From NCBI RefSeq assembly GCF_000143415.4, contig NW_003314303.1, positions 842,613 to 906,612 on the forward strand: a stretch of DNA of 64,000 nucleotides, written 5' to 3'. The position numbers were made by a program, and so were the translations under genes. Numbering within the stretch: position 1 is the first letter of the stretch; every line of letters starts with the position of its first letter. The notes under the pieces were generated by a model, which saw only the letters and a list, made by a program, of their open reading frames with translations, was not told the origin of the DNA and searched no databases. The stretch is from Selaginella moellendorffii. Its lineage: Eukaryota > Plantae > Lycopodiophyta. Positions 63,593 through 64,000 of this stretch are shown in pieces.

Positions 63593-64000
63593 GGAAGTTG
63601 TCAATGAGACTCCTCCAAGTGGTCAGACGTATGGTTAAGTGACTAAAGTAAAATGGAAAATTTAGTCGCTTACAACTTGGTATCGGAGCTGTTCCTTAGT
63701 CCGACTTTTATTGGTGTTCAAGTATATCACCACTAGTGTTGGCATCGGAAGGTCCGAGGAGTGGGCCTATCCTTGAGGAGTAGCAAGTCTGGAAGACATG
63801 GCTCTCCATTACAGTTCATGTGTGAACTTGTAGACGAGGTGGTGGATAGAAAAGGGCCAATAATGGAACGACTTTGGGATCTTGGGAACAGTGCAAGGTT
63901 TTCCTCATTGAGTTGAGGATGTGATCCGGATGAGCATTTGTCTCAGCAAATTGGCTTAGGTTGTTGTGGTAAACAACTAAAGTTGGGATCACGGGAAAGA

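Larger units (their letters stand above)
61636..64000 (+). mobile_element. Family X copy 2: probable about 2-kb 5' LTR (61636-63674, spans gap), PBS and start of internal region
   Basis: TGTGAG start; after the gap ...GCTTACA (63674) followed by TGGTATCGGAGC (63678-63689). Continuity across the N gap is inferred. Confidence 0.6.

Overview
Eukaryotic plant nuclear DNA with very short introns (mostly about 45-90 bp), tightly packed genes and SS-motif PPR genes. This best fits a lycophyte such as Selaginella (inference; I could not run a search). About 15 recognisable intact or edge-truncated genes: MLK/CK1-like kinase (3' end), LPCAT, mitochondrial ATP synthase d, ZMAT2/Snu23, CYP94-like P450, AVT6/SLC38-like transporter, ZIP4/SPO22, thymidylate kinase, CRINKLY4-like RLK, a coiled-coil protein, RNFT-like RING E3, alkaline/neutral invertase, polygalacturonase, UBP12/USP7 and a PPR. 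There is also an NRP1-like protein, one orphan ORF and several pseudogenes (scrambled UBP12 paralogue, pKIWI502-like, PPR). Two TE-rich islands lie at about 20.3-27.4 kb and 53.9-64 kb. Highlights: (1) a complete 729-bp Cassandra-type TRIM whose LTRs carry the 5S rRNA internal Pol III promoter; (2) a young Ty3/gypsy chromovirus with no tRNA PBS but a perfect 15-nt self-priming complement, a PEG10-type GGGAAAC plus pseudoknot frameshift signal, and an RT frameshift that looks like a quasi-palindrome template switch; (3) a four-layer LTR nest with a satellite-bearing LTR; (4) at least six GC-AG introns; (5) extreme gene packing (ZIP4 stop to TMPK ATG 28-40 bp; ATPd and ZMAT2 ATGs 65 bp apart). 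All family calls come from recalled motifs and multi-exon coordinates are start-to-stop spans read by hand.
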